Sequence record: SRR22947727_4848
Direction: 5' to 3' (one strand)
Length of the DNA: 35,579 nt
This document shows positions 9,771 to 17,936 of this stretch, piece by piece. Each line of letters starts with the position of its first letter. Position 1 is the first letter of the stretch. The notes under the pieces are model-generated. The model was not told the origin of the DNA and did not search any database. It was given only the letters and a program-made list of their open reading frames with translations. The position numbers and the translations under genes were made by a program.

Positions 9771-10274
9771 TCAATCCTCCACTGACGTCACCACATTCTG
9801 TTCGAGTGGTAGTAATTCATCGTCGTCGTTTGCACGAGTACGAACAGGAGCATTGAACCCACGAGCTCGTGGGTTCTTGACCTCAAAAGGGCCTGGAGTG
9901 CCTCTGGGCACAGCGAGTCGGAGGGCGAATGGATGGGCTCCTGGGTCTACATCTCCAATCGATCCAACACGTGTGCGGTTTTGAAGCACTGGCTCACCGC
10001 TGCCATCAAGAATGCGTGCATAAACATCTGTATCGACAACAGCGCGTTTGCTTGGATTATCGACTGTGCCGCTGAGCACGTAGCAGCTGGCTCCCTCAGG
10101 ACTTGTGATGTTGTTGCGCGTATTCCCTTGCGCCTGTCCTGGTTGTGCCCCTGGGTCACTGGCATCGCAAGGAGCTAAGGCCACGTCACTCAACCGCAGT
10201 TCAGCTGCCAGAACGGGGGTACTGATCAGCAAACACATTGCGATCAGAAGTGAAATAAGTGAGCGCTGAATCAT
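9771..10274 (-). CDS. conserved secreted/lumenal hypothetical protein
   Basis: signal peptide ending VLA-A; Cys pair; DTDVYARILD..GEPVLQNRTRVGSIGDV cyanobacterial motif. Confidence 0.75.
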   Translation of the reverse strand: MIQRSLISLLIAMCLLISTPVLAAELRLSDVALAPCDASDPGAQPGQAQGNTRNNITSPEGASCYVLSGTVDNPSKRAVVDTDVYARILDGSGEPVLQNRTRVGSIGDVDPGAHPFALRLAVPRGTPGPFEVKNPRARGFNAPVRTRANDDDELLPLEQNVVTSVED

Positions 10275-10288
10275 GGCTTGGACGGGGT

Positions 10289-10975
10289 TCAGATCTGCAC
10301 CATGCCGCAGCGCATGCCTTTAAGGACAGCTTGCACCCGATTGTTGACCCCAAGAATTTTTAGCAGTCGCTTGGTGTAAGTCCGTGAGGTTTGTTCACTC
10401 ACGGTTAAGGCCTCTGCAATCTCCCGATCTGTCATTCCCTGTGCAAGAAGATCGAGAACTTCATATTCTCTCGGCGTGAGTCTGGGACAGCTCAAATAGG
10501 GCAAATGACCTGAGCGAAGAGAGGCACTCCGGTAGGAGTGGTGCCCTAAGACCGCGAGCACAGCTGCCTCAAGGGGCTTGCGATCTTCAATGATGTCGGC
10601 TTCCGCGACAACCGCTTCAAGCCAGGAGGCGTTGGCGTATTCAACAGGGATGGCATCTCCGAGAGCCAGGACGACGACCTTGAGCGAAGGTTGCTGCTCG
10701 CGTGCTTTGCGAGTTAATTCGAAACCATTTCCCTTTTCCAGCCGATCGGTGCAAATCAGAAGCTCAAAGGGTTCTTTTTCTAGGTATTTAATACAACTGT
10801 CTTCATCAGTTACTGCACAGCCAATGCATCCTGTGTCTTGAAATGAATCACAAAAACAACGGAGAAAAAAGCGCCCCTTCATCGCAAGGGCGACCTTCCC
10901 TGTCACCGTGACCGTAAGAAGGCGATCTTCATTTTCGCGCTGCTCTTGGTTCTGGATATAGGGGGTCAGATCCAT
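10289..10975 (-). CDS. NarL/FixJ (LuxR-HTH) family response regulator with atypical receiver
   Basis: LTPREYEVLDLLAQGMTDREIAEAL.VSEQT...LGVNNRVQAV HTH; receiver-like N-terminal domain. Confidence 0.88.
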   Translation of the reverse strand: MDLTPYIQNQEQRENEDRLLTVTVTGKVALAMKGRFFLRCFCDSFQDTGCIGCAVTDEDSCIKYLEKEPFELLICTDRLEKGNGFELTRKAREQQPSLKVVVLALGDAIPVEYANASWLEAVVAEADIIEDRKPLEAAVLAVLGHHSYRSASLRSGHLPYLSCPRLTPREYEVLDLLAQGMTDREIAEALTVSEQTSRTYTKRLLKILGVNNRVQAVLKGMRCGMVQI

Positions 10976-11054
10976 GGTCCGGACATCTTTAAGCGCAGGA
11001 ACGTTCTCAGCGATCCTCGCAAAAAATTTACGACGTCATCGGTTCGATGGGGGC

Positions 11055-11273
11055 TTAGTCGTCATAAACGAGGCATTCAGGGGCATCGGGATTAATTTCG
11101 CAATGCAACTCCAAAGGAGAGGGGTCTTTATGCTCATCAGGGTGGTTTCGCTTATAGGTCTCGAGCCTTTCAAGTTCTTCTTTTAGATGAGCTTGTTTGC
11201 CAGCATCACCATCTCTCTTTGCTTTTTCAAGATCTGCTAGGTCTTTGGAGATATGGTTTTCAATGCTTTCCAT
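11055..11273 (-). CDS. cp12: CP12 protein, short marine type (C-terminal Cys pair only)
   Basis: DPSPLELHCEINPDAPECLVYDD C-terminus; no N-terminal Cys pair and no AWD.VEE core. Confidence 0.92.
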   Translation of the reverse strand: MESIENHISKDLADLEKAKRDGDAGKQAHLKEELERLETYKRNHPDEHKDPSPLELHCEINPDAPECLVYDD

Positions 11274-11324
11274 ATAGAAATCAAATGATCATTCGATATT
11301 CAAAGCTTTCCGGCTTTGGGCAGA

Positions 11325-11367
11325 TACCCCCAGATGGGGACCTTTGAATTGACCCCAAATGGGGGTC
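11325..11367. promoter_or_regulatory. two palindromic operator-like sites in the cp12/DUF3136 divergent promoter
   Basis: TACCCCCAGATGGGGAC (11325-11341) and GACCCCAAATGGGGGTC (11351-11367). Confidence 0.55.
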
Positions 11368-11423
11368 GAAGAGATGTCCTTTGCTAAGGCAATGTGAAGT
11401 TGATTCACAATAAGGCTTAGCTA

Positions 11424-11642
11424 ATGAGCACGAGCCCAGCAATCACGATTGGAGAATTAGAAGCAAAGTATCCCCTTTATTGCAAGGCGATGCGTCTTTT
11501 GCTTTCAGAAGGCCGCTCACCCCTGCAAATGAAGAAAACTTTGTGTTGGGAAAGGCTGGAGACACTACACCTGTCTCTCCCTCGTCGTTATAAGGCTCCT
11601 TCGCATTTGTTACGTCTTATCCAGAGGGATTTGGGAGATTAA
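11424..11642 (+). CDS. DUF3136 family protein
   Basis: ITIGELEAKYPLYCKAMRLL..EG......TLCWERLETLH.SLP.RYKAP. Confidence 0.85.
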   Translation: MSTSPAITIGELEAKYPLYCKAMRLLLSEGRSPLQMKKTLCWERLETLHLSLPRRYKAPSHLLRLIQRDLGD

Positions 11643-11676
11643 AAACTTGGCTCTGGGAGATCTAATGACTTTCTGA

Positions 11677-11931
11677 TTAACGACTTTTTCTTTTACTTGG
11701 GTTAATTGCTGCTGTATCGGCAAGCATTTGCAAGAAGAGGTGTTCTGGATTTAAGTATTGGTTTGGCATTGCTTCGTGGAGTCTGCTCAGTCGATTCCAG
11801 CAAACAGTCTTTTGAGCCTTCTCCATTGAGGATCCATCCTGAATGAGAATTTGTAATGCTTTTAAATAGATCGATTGCTGATCACGTAGTTCGGAAATGC
11901 TTTGAGTGGTGCTGAATGTTGGAGTGGTCAT
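11677..11931 (-). CDS. DUF3136 family protein (second paralog)
   Basis: SISEL......YLKALQILI.DG......TVCWNRL..LH..MP.QY..P; aligns with 11424..11642. Confidence 0.75.
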   Translation of the reverse strand: MTTPTFSTTQSISELRDQQSIYLKALQILIQDGSSMEKAQKTVCWNRLSRLHEAMPNQYLNPEHLFLQMLADTAAINPSKRKSR

Positions 11932-12162
11932 GATGCGCAAGTCTCGGATAGAAGTTCATGTGCAGTTTGCTTAGGTGAAGATAGTGGGTGGAGTTCTGAG
12001 CTAATGGACCTTGTGCCGCAGCATCCTTCAAGGATGACCCTGCTACCTAATAAGACGATTGTGAACGTCCATCTATCCATTGAGAAAGTCATTTTTTTGC
12101 TTCGAGAGGGCCCTTGTACTGAGCTGTGGATGGAGCATGCTCTATGTAAGGCGATTTTGTTA

Positions 12163-12179
12163 GTCCCTATTTGGGGGTG
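12163..12179. promoter_or_regulatory. third copy of the palindromic operator-like site
   Basis: GTCCCTATTTGGGGGTG; reverse complement CACCCCCAAATAGGGAC matches the 11325 site. Confidence 0.45.
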
Positions 12180-12467
12180 ATTAGTGGCCTATGCATGAGC
12201 TAACAATCACGAGATGATGGATTTTTGGTTGGTTATGTCAGCCTTGATCTTTGCTGATATTGGAGAGTGCAATGGCTCGTTTGTTTCACATTTGAATCTT
12301 CAGGGCCACCAGGATCTGCTCAATGAAAAATGAGAGTTCTTAAAGATTATCTGCTAGTTGCTAGAATGTTTGCTTTATATTGCAATAGTAAGCCTAGTCT
12401 CTAATAGGCTTAACAATAAGCGACTACGGCACTCACGATTGGATGATTTGAAGGCATTACTGGTTCT

Positions 12468-12635
12468 CTAGCCACTGCTACAGGAGGAAAGGTTTGCTTT
12501 TGCTGTCTTTAGAGCAACCTCGCAAGCCGATCGATCCTCCGCATCGATATCCCCCTGACTTCCATTTAGCCGTGCTTCCAGGAAGGCAATTTCGTCGATC
12601 CAATAGTCTTTGCCTTTTGCAGAATCGTTGCTCAT
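12468..12635 (-). CDS. small hypothetical protein (55 aa), not in ORF track
   Basis: translated by hand: MSNDSAKGKDYWIDEIAFLEARLNGSQGDIDAEDRSACEVALKTAKANLSSCSSG; helical-hairpin-like, resembles conserved picocyanobacterial microproteins. Confidence 0.7.
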   Translation of the reverse strand: MSNDSAKGKDYWIDEIAFLEARLNGSQGDIDAEDRSACEVALKTAKANLSSCSSG

Positions 12636-13078
12636 CTGAGGTTTCTGGCTGCAGATTCATTCTCTCTTCTTTGCGAGCAATTTGCAATCTCCCCCCTTGG
12701 CCTCCAGTATATTTTGCTTACCAGAGTTGAAATTTTGTTGTATCAGTAGAAGATGCGGATAGTTTTTGGCTAAGAGCAACGGCTGCTAGCACTGGTGCAA
12801 CCACACCTATGACAATTGTCTTGGTTATGAGCTGCTGCAGCTCATTGTGTTTGGATTGGCCATAGTGAAAGCCCTTAATTGCACTCGTCATCGGTATGAT
12901 TGCATTCTAATAATCGTACCGAATCATGTTTTCTTGATCTTAGAGTTGGCTGAAAGTTCTATTAAGTGCCAATGAATAATGATATTTTCCAATATATGAA
13001 TCAATCCTTTGAGCTTGTCTCCCTTGCATTGAAAATGTGTTTTAACCACTCCTATCGTTCTGAATATGATCGATGAGA

Positions 13079-13924
13079 TCAATTCAGTACAAGTTGAATC
13101 GCGCGGCGGCTGCTGTCGATGGCCAAGACAATGGCTAGTCCTCGTAAGCAACGCACCAAAACTAATGAATCAAAAAGATCGAGGCGTCTCGCAGTCCATT
13201 GAGCAGCTATTGCCGCAACGCTGCCCAGAGTGAGTCCCATCCAGGGAATCCCCCGTCCTTCGTGCAGAAATTGGAGTGACGCTGCACTGGCTGAGCAGAG
13301 CACGGCCACTGTGCTCAGGCGAATGGCCCGATGGATAGGGACTGCAAAAGGCCCACTCATGAGTGGTACGAGAACGAGTCCCCCCCCGAGGCCAAGCATT
13401 CCTGCTGTCCAGCCCGCGATGCAGCCCACTCCAGCTAGCAGGGGCGCGGGCGTTTCTTCTGGTTCTAAGCAGAGTGGTTTCTCGAGCTCTTGCTCTATCT
13501 CTGCGTCTTCGATTTTTTCTTCGGCTTCGTCTGTTTCTGCATCTTCATTTGTCTCAGCTTTTGGCGCCTCTTTGATGGAAAAAGCCAACAACACATACAC
13601 CGCTGTCTGCATGGCTAACAGCATCCATCCAGCAGCAAGGCCACCGAGTCCTCCAAAGACCAACGCTGATCCGAAGCCTGCTAGGCCAATGGCTAAAGCC
13701 GACCGTGTTGGCAGGCTTCCACTTTGCAGGTGCACGATTGTCCCAGCTAAAGCGGTTGGCACAATCGCAAAGCTGCTAGTAGCGAGTGCCTGATGAGGCG
13801 GCAGGTTGAGCCAGAGCAGAACAGGAGCAAAGATCAAACCGCCGCCGATTCCTAACAATCCAGCCAAGCCTCCTGCCAGGAGTCCGAGGCTGATCAAGAT
13901 CGGTATATCCCACCAAGGCACCAC
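13079..13924 (-). CDS. sulfite exporter TauE/SafE (TSUP) family membrane protein
   Basis: duplicated AGLLGIGGG / AGMLGLGGG motifs, A.ATS, multiple TM helices. Confidence 0.88.
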   Translation of the reverse strand: MVPWWDIPILISLGLLAGGLAGLLGIGGGLIFAPVLLWLNLPPHQALATSSFAIVPTALAGTIVHLQSGSLPTRSALAIGLAGFGSALVFGGLGGLAAGWMLLAMQTAVYVLLAFSIKEAPKAETNEDAETDEAEEKIEDAEIEQELEKPLCLEPEETPAPLLAGVGCIAGWTAGMLGLGGGLVLVPLMSGPFAVPIHRAIRLSTVAVLCSASAASLQFLHEGRGIPWMGLTLGSVAAIAAQWTARRLDLFDSLVLVRCLRGLAIVLAIDSSRRAIQLVLN

Positions 13925-14083
13925 GGCGACTGTTCCAGTGCGCTCTCAGCATGCTGTGAATGGCTGTCGCAATGGGGCTGATGCGTTCAGATGGTTACTG
14001 ATTTTGTTGAAAAGTGGCGGTATGAACCACGCAGTTGCACCAATACCCTTAGAAAGGTTAAAATATGAGTAGGTAGGTGAAAA

Positions 14084-14263
14084 ATGAATCCGGCTAAACA
14101 GCATCGCAAGTTACATAAACTTCTCTCAAAGGCTGAAGTGTGTCTCACGAGAGACGAAGCTCAGAAAATCTTGAAGAAAGCTGCAAAAACTCAACGCAAA
14201 CTTGAAAAAGGTCCTTCACCTGAAACTGGTGAAGAACCAAATTTGCAAATTAGCAACATATAG
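14084..14263 (+). CDS. small basic hypothetical protein (59 aa), not in ORF track
   Basis: MNPAKQHRKLHKLLSKAEVCLTRDEAQKILKKAAK...; purine-rich RBS-like AGGTAGGTG upstream. Confidence 0.7.
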   Translation: MNPAKQHRKLHKLLSKAEVCLTRDEAQKILKKAAKTQRKLEKGPSPETGEEPNLQISNI

Positions 14264-14371
14264 TATTTGAACAAGTGTCAGTTTAGTAATGCTGAGCTTC
14301 AGCAAATGTTGGAAAAAACAATATTTTAGTAATAGTTTTTATCAATTAAATCGCTTCAATTGATTCGAAAT

Positions 14372-14692
14372 CTAAAAGAGAGACATTGCTTTGATCTTTG
14401 AAACTTTTTTGGGGTCTAATCCCTGAAGATCATTGGCTTCGATCAGATCTCTTTTCATCATTTCAGCGAGAGAGAAGAGAATGGTGTCGTAGTTGAAATC
14501 CATTCTTCCTTCTAACGCGAATCTCTCCGTACTGAGATAGTCGTGAAGTGAGCAAACAGATTCGAGTGAGTTCAGAGACTGACTCTTGTTTTGGATGGCA
14601 CTAATCAAAACGGTCACAGCGCGCTCGTTGCCTTTGAGGAAGGCTTTACGAGCAATCTCTGTTTCGGTGGAAGGCCAGTCAACTTGCGTCAT
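14372..14692 (-). CDS. frp: fluorescence recovery protein FRP
   Basis: WPSTETEIARKAF...LHDYLSTER...EG...DLQGLDPKKVSKI; downstream of ocp-crtW. Confidence 0.92.
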   Translation of the reverse strand: MTQVDWPSTETEIARKAFLKGNERAVTVLISAIQNKSQSLNSLESVCSLHDYLSTERFALEGRMDFNYDTILFSLAEMMKRDLIEANDLQGLDPKKVSKIKAMSLF

Positions 14693-14727
14693 GACGAGAA
14701 TCAAAAGGGTTGGTGTTAGCCGGTGGT

Positions 14728-15477
14728 TCAGGCCGTCTGACTCAATGGGGATCGTTGACGCAGACGCGGAAGATCAAACCAGGGTGTGGACGGTGATAGG
14801 TGATGTTCGCGATGATATCCAAAGTGATAGCAAGCTGCGAACGAGAGCAATGGATGAACCGTCAGACTTCTAGGTGTTTGACGATGAGGATTGTTCTTGT
14901 TGAGGTGGTGGGGAAACCAAGTGCCTACGAAAAAGAGCTGCAGAGCGCTCAAAATCAGAGGAAGAGTACAGAAAAGCGTGACCGATAAAATGGCTTGTTG
15001 GCCTGTTGACGGAATGAGAGTGATAAGGACCAACCAACACGAAATCAAAATCGTGAGCGGTCTAACACTCATGTACCGCCTGAGAAAGTCCCAGAACCAG
15101 CGCAAGGCTGAATGGTCTGGGTGATTGAGATAATCAGGGTCTCGTTCGGTTTCAGCCTTTAAATGATGAAGATCGTGATTGCTCTTGCATCGTTGATAAC
15201 TAAGACCCGCATAAAGAATGAGGGAAGCAGTACCAATGAAGTTGTTTAATTTAGAACGGTTTGGTGAGAGGGTTCCATGCATGGCATCGTGGCCGATGAT
15301 GAATAATCCCGTCTGTACAAATGTTCTCAATAAAACAAGAGGGATTAATGTTGAAATCGGCAGTAATTCAAGATTCAACGAAAGACATCCCACGAGTGAA
15401 ATGAGCCAAATCGCTGTGATTACTGCTGCGAACACTAATCCGAGATCACGCTGCTGATCAGATTCAGCTACCACCAA
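14728..15477 (-). CDS. crtW: beta-carotene ketolase CrtW
   Basis: TGLFIIGHDAMHG, HDLHH and CYHFGYHREHH histidine boxes; lies between ocp and frp. Confidence 0.9.
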   Translation of the reverse strand: MVVAESDQQRDLGLVFAAVITAIWLISLVGCLSLNLELLPISTLIPLVLLRTFVQTGLFIIGHDAMHGTLSPNRSKLNNFIGTASLILYAGLSYQRCKSNHDLHHLKAETERDPDYLNHPDHSALRWFWDFLRRYMSVRPLTILISCWLVLITLIPSTGQQAILSVTLFCTLPLILSALQLFFVGTWFPHHLNKNNPHRQTPRSLTVHPLLSFAACYHFGYHREHHLSPSTPWFDLPRLRQRSPLSQTA

Positions 15478-16420
15478 GTTTCAGGAGTTCGGCTGGTGAT
15501 GCCAAGAGATCGATGGCAACAAAATAGATCTTATCGTTTTCGTCTAGCAGGAAACGCCAGGCAACATTCATGCCAACTTCTCCTCCAAACCAAGGAGTTT
15601 GAACTTGTCCCGTGACTTTAATTTGATTAAAACCACCATCCGTGGGTTCTCCGTAACCACCTTGAGGCAGCAGTTTTAGGTTCTGACAGTCCCGCTTGAA
15701 GAACTTGAGAATGGCATCTGTTCCAACGATCGGCCTTTGAAATGGTGGTTGGAGAGCACCATCAGATAAGAACAATTTAATCAGACCGTCAAAATCGTTG
15801 GAATTCAGCAGTTCCATGTAATCCAGAATCGTTTGATTCAAGACCCCCGGAATGAAAACTTTTACGCGAGCTTCTGCAGGTGTGGGCTCAACGATCGGTT
15901 CGGAAACAATCGCTGAATCGTCGTTGTCAGGGTCAAAACCCATGTCAACAACAAAATTTCGCAGAATACTGATTTGTTGGCCTTGCTCAACTTTCTTGAC
16001 GGACTCAAGAACTGCGTTGGCGTTGGAAGACAATTTATAACCTTCGGGAATTGGTGCGACTTTCCCTTGATTCATCAGTTCACCAAGTTCGTACCAGAAA
16101 CCTAGCTTTACGTTGATCGACCAGAAGGCATAACGCGTAGAGATAGGAGCATCTACTTTTCCAGCTAGGTCGCACATCACGCGGCTTTGCTCGCTGAAAC
16201 CCATCCCAGTAATTTCATCGAGTGTTGGCTGTGCGATTGCCATTCGTGCGGCACCCGGAGCAGCAACAGTGATCGTGCGTCCCATCTCTAGATAGGCGAA
16301 CCAGATGAGGGCGAGTTGATCCTCTGCACTTAGCAACTTGTAGCGGGCAGTGATGGCCGGGACGGCATCTGCTGTACGTGTATCTGGGAATATCTGCGCG
16401 GCCTTATCGATCGTGAACAT
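15464..16420 (-). CDS. ocp: orange carotenoid protein OCP
   Basis: 318 aa; EDQLALIWFAYLEMG, KLGFWYELG, ALQPPFQRPIVG, VQTPWFG, VAIDLLASP. Confidence 0.98.
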   Translation of the reverse strand: MFTIDKAAQIFPDTRTADAVPAITARYKLLSAEDQLALIWFAYLEMGRTITVAAPGAARMAIAQPTLDEITGMGFSEQSRVMCDLAGKVDAPISTRYAFWSINVKLGFWYELGELMNQGKVAPIPEGYKLSSNANAVLESVKKVEQGQQISILRNFVVDMGFDPDNDDSAIVSEPIVEPTPAEARVKVFIPGVLNQTILDYMELLNSNDFDGLIKLFLSDGALQPPFQRPIVGTDAILKFFKRDCQNLKLLPQGGYGEPTDGGFNQIKVTGQVQTPWFGGEVGMNVAWRFLLDENDKIYFVAIDLLASPAELLKLGGS

Positions 16421-16447
16421 GGAAGTACCGCGCCTGAAGATGAAGAC

Positions 16448-16465
16448 AGTGTAACACTCTGTATC
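16448..16465 (-). promoter_or_regulatory. HLR1-like direct repeat upstream of ocp
   Basis: minus strand GATACAGA-GT-GTTACACT, resembling (G/T)TTACA(T/A)(T/A)-N2 repeats, about 28 bp before the ocp ATG. Confidence 0.4.
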
Positions 16466-16501
16466 GTTGGGGTCGCGTTTGAGTCGTTGATTTGGTACGA
16501 G

Positions 16502-17320
16502 CTAAATCATTTGGCTGCGAATGATGCTGTCCCACACATTGGTGGGGAGCAATTTTTGAATAGCGACAGATTCCGAACGGTGGCCGCATCGATAACGCAC
16601 ATTCGGTGCGCGAGCTTCAAGGGCTTTTCTGATGGTTTTAGCAACGACATCCGCTGGAGAGGCACGCCTAAACCCTTCCATCCAGTTTTGCTCCACTTTT
16701 CTCATCATTGCTGTCCAAGCCGGATCGCTTTGGGCTTCAATCATGGATGCCTTAGCGACATTTTCGAAGCCGGTGGCAATTAAGCCTGGTTCGACAATGA
16801 CGACTTGGATTCCGAATTGATGAAGCTCAAGACGCAAGGCGTCGCTAAGGGCCTCAAGCGCATACTTGCTTGCTGCATACCAGCCGGACCCAGGGGTCAC
16901 AAATCGTCCGGCAATCGATGACACATTGATGATTCGCCCTTTGCCATGCTTCCTCATTTCCGGCAAAAGCATTTGGGTGAGACCGATGAGCCCGAAGACG
17001 TTTACCTCAAAAAGACTCTGAGCTGTTTGTATTGGCATGGTTTCGATCGGCCCTACCTCTCCAAACCCTGCATTGTTCACAAGGGCATCAAGAACTCCAA
17101 ATTGTTCATGGACATGCGTGACAAGGGATTGCCTTGATTGGATGTCCGTGATGTCGAGGGGAAAGATTTTTGCACCTGAGGCGCAAAGATCAGTCATCGC
17201 ATCAGTTCTCCGTGCTGCCGCGATGACCTTCCACCCATGAAGGAGGAGGAGTTGAGCGGTTGCTTTACCAATCCCGCTGGATGCCCCTGTGATCAAGACG
17301 GTGCGTTGTGGCTTGGTCAT
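16502..17320 (-). CDS. short-chain dehydrogenase/reductase (classical SDR)
   Basis: TGASSGIG, NNAG, IINVSS, YAASK. Confidence 0.92.
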   Translation of the reverse strand: MTKPQRTVLITGASSGIGKATAQLLLLHGWKVIAAARRTDAMTDLCASGAKIFPLDITDIQSRQSLVTHVHEQFGVLDALVNNAGFGEVGPIETMPIQTAQSLFEVNVFGLIGLTQMLLPEMRKHGKGRIINVSSIAGRFVTPGSGWYAASKYALEALSDALRLELHQFGIQVVIVEPGLIATGFENVAKASMIEAQSDPAWTAMMRKVEQNWMEGFRRASPADVVAKTIRKALEARAPNVRYRCGHRSESVAIQKLLPTNVWDSIIRSQMI

Positions 17321-17364
17321 CCAGCCTTGATATGGAAGAGTGCGCACAGGCTGACAGCGATGTC

Positions 17365-17664
17365 ATGAAACAGCTTCCAGGTCGCACGCGACCTCGTTGG
17401 CAGCAACAACTTATTTCTGGTCTTGTGATTGGCTTGGGATTGGTGGTGATGGTGGCGTTGCTGCCCATCTTGTTGCCGATCATGTTGATCGCTGGGTTGC
17501 TTGCCGCGCTAGCCCTGATCCCGATCCTGCGTCAATTGCGCAGTGAACTCGAGCAACTTGATCAAGTGCAGAGAACATCTGCCGAACGGATTCCAACGGA
17601 TGTCACTCCCTGGCAGCAAAAGTTATGGGACCAATGGAAAGCGTCGCTTAATCGGCGCTCATAG
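17365..17664 (+). CDS. hypothetical membrane protein
   Basis: two hydrophobic helices, then DVTPWQQK. Confidence 0.65.
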   Translation: MKQLPGRTRPRWQQQLISGLVIGLGLVVMVALLPILLPIMLIAGLLAALALIPILRQLRSELEQLDQVQRTSAERIPTDVTPWQQKLWDQWKASLNRRS

Positions 17665-17823
17665 GGCACTGTCGTCGTCAGCGGTTCGAACGACGGAGAT
17701 GGTTCGAGATCCGAATTCATCAAGAGCTGCAGCCCAAGCTGCTGCATGGTCTGAGGCAAACACTGTGATGGAGCCGACACTCTCACCCGTGAGTTTGAAA
17801 AAAACGGTGAATCGCTGGGACAT
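17659..17823 (-). CDS. small hypothetical protein (54 aa), not in ORF track
   Basis: MSQRFTVFFKLTGESVGSITVFASDHAAAWAAALDEFGSRTISVVRTADDDSAL; GGAG RBS upstream; similar to 22940..23128. Confidence 0.6.
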   Translation of the reverse strand: MSQRFTVFFKLTGESVGSITVFASDHAAAWAAALDEFGSRTISVVRTADDDSAL

Positions 17824-17936
17824 CGTTCTCCAGTCGATTCCAATATCACTGTGGCATTTTGAGCACGATCATCGCCTCATGACCGCACATTTTCGCTAGA
17901 GAAGGGTCAGAAAAGTTCTAGCGGACAACATTTCCT

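Noticed and set aside
12478-12730. Track ORFs 12478..12687 (-) and 12494..12730 (+)
   Set aside because: A different minus frame (12468..12635) gives a more convincing protein
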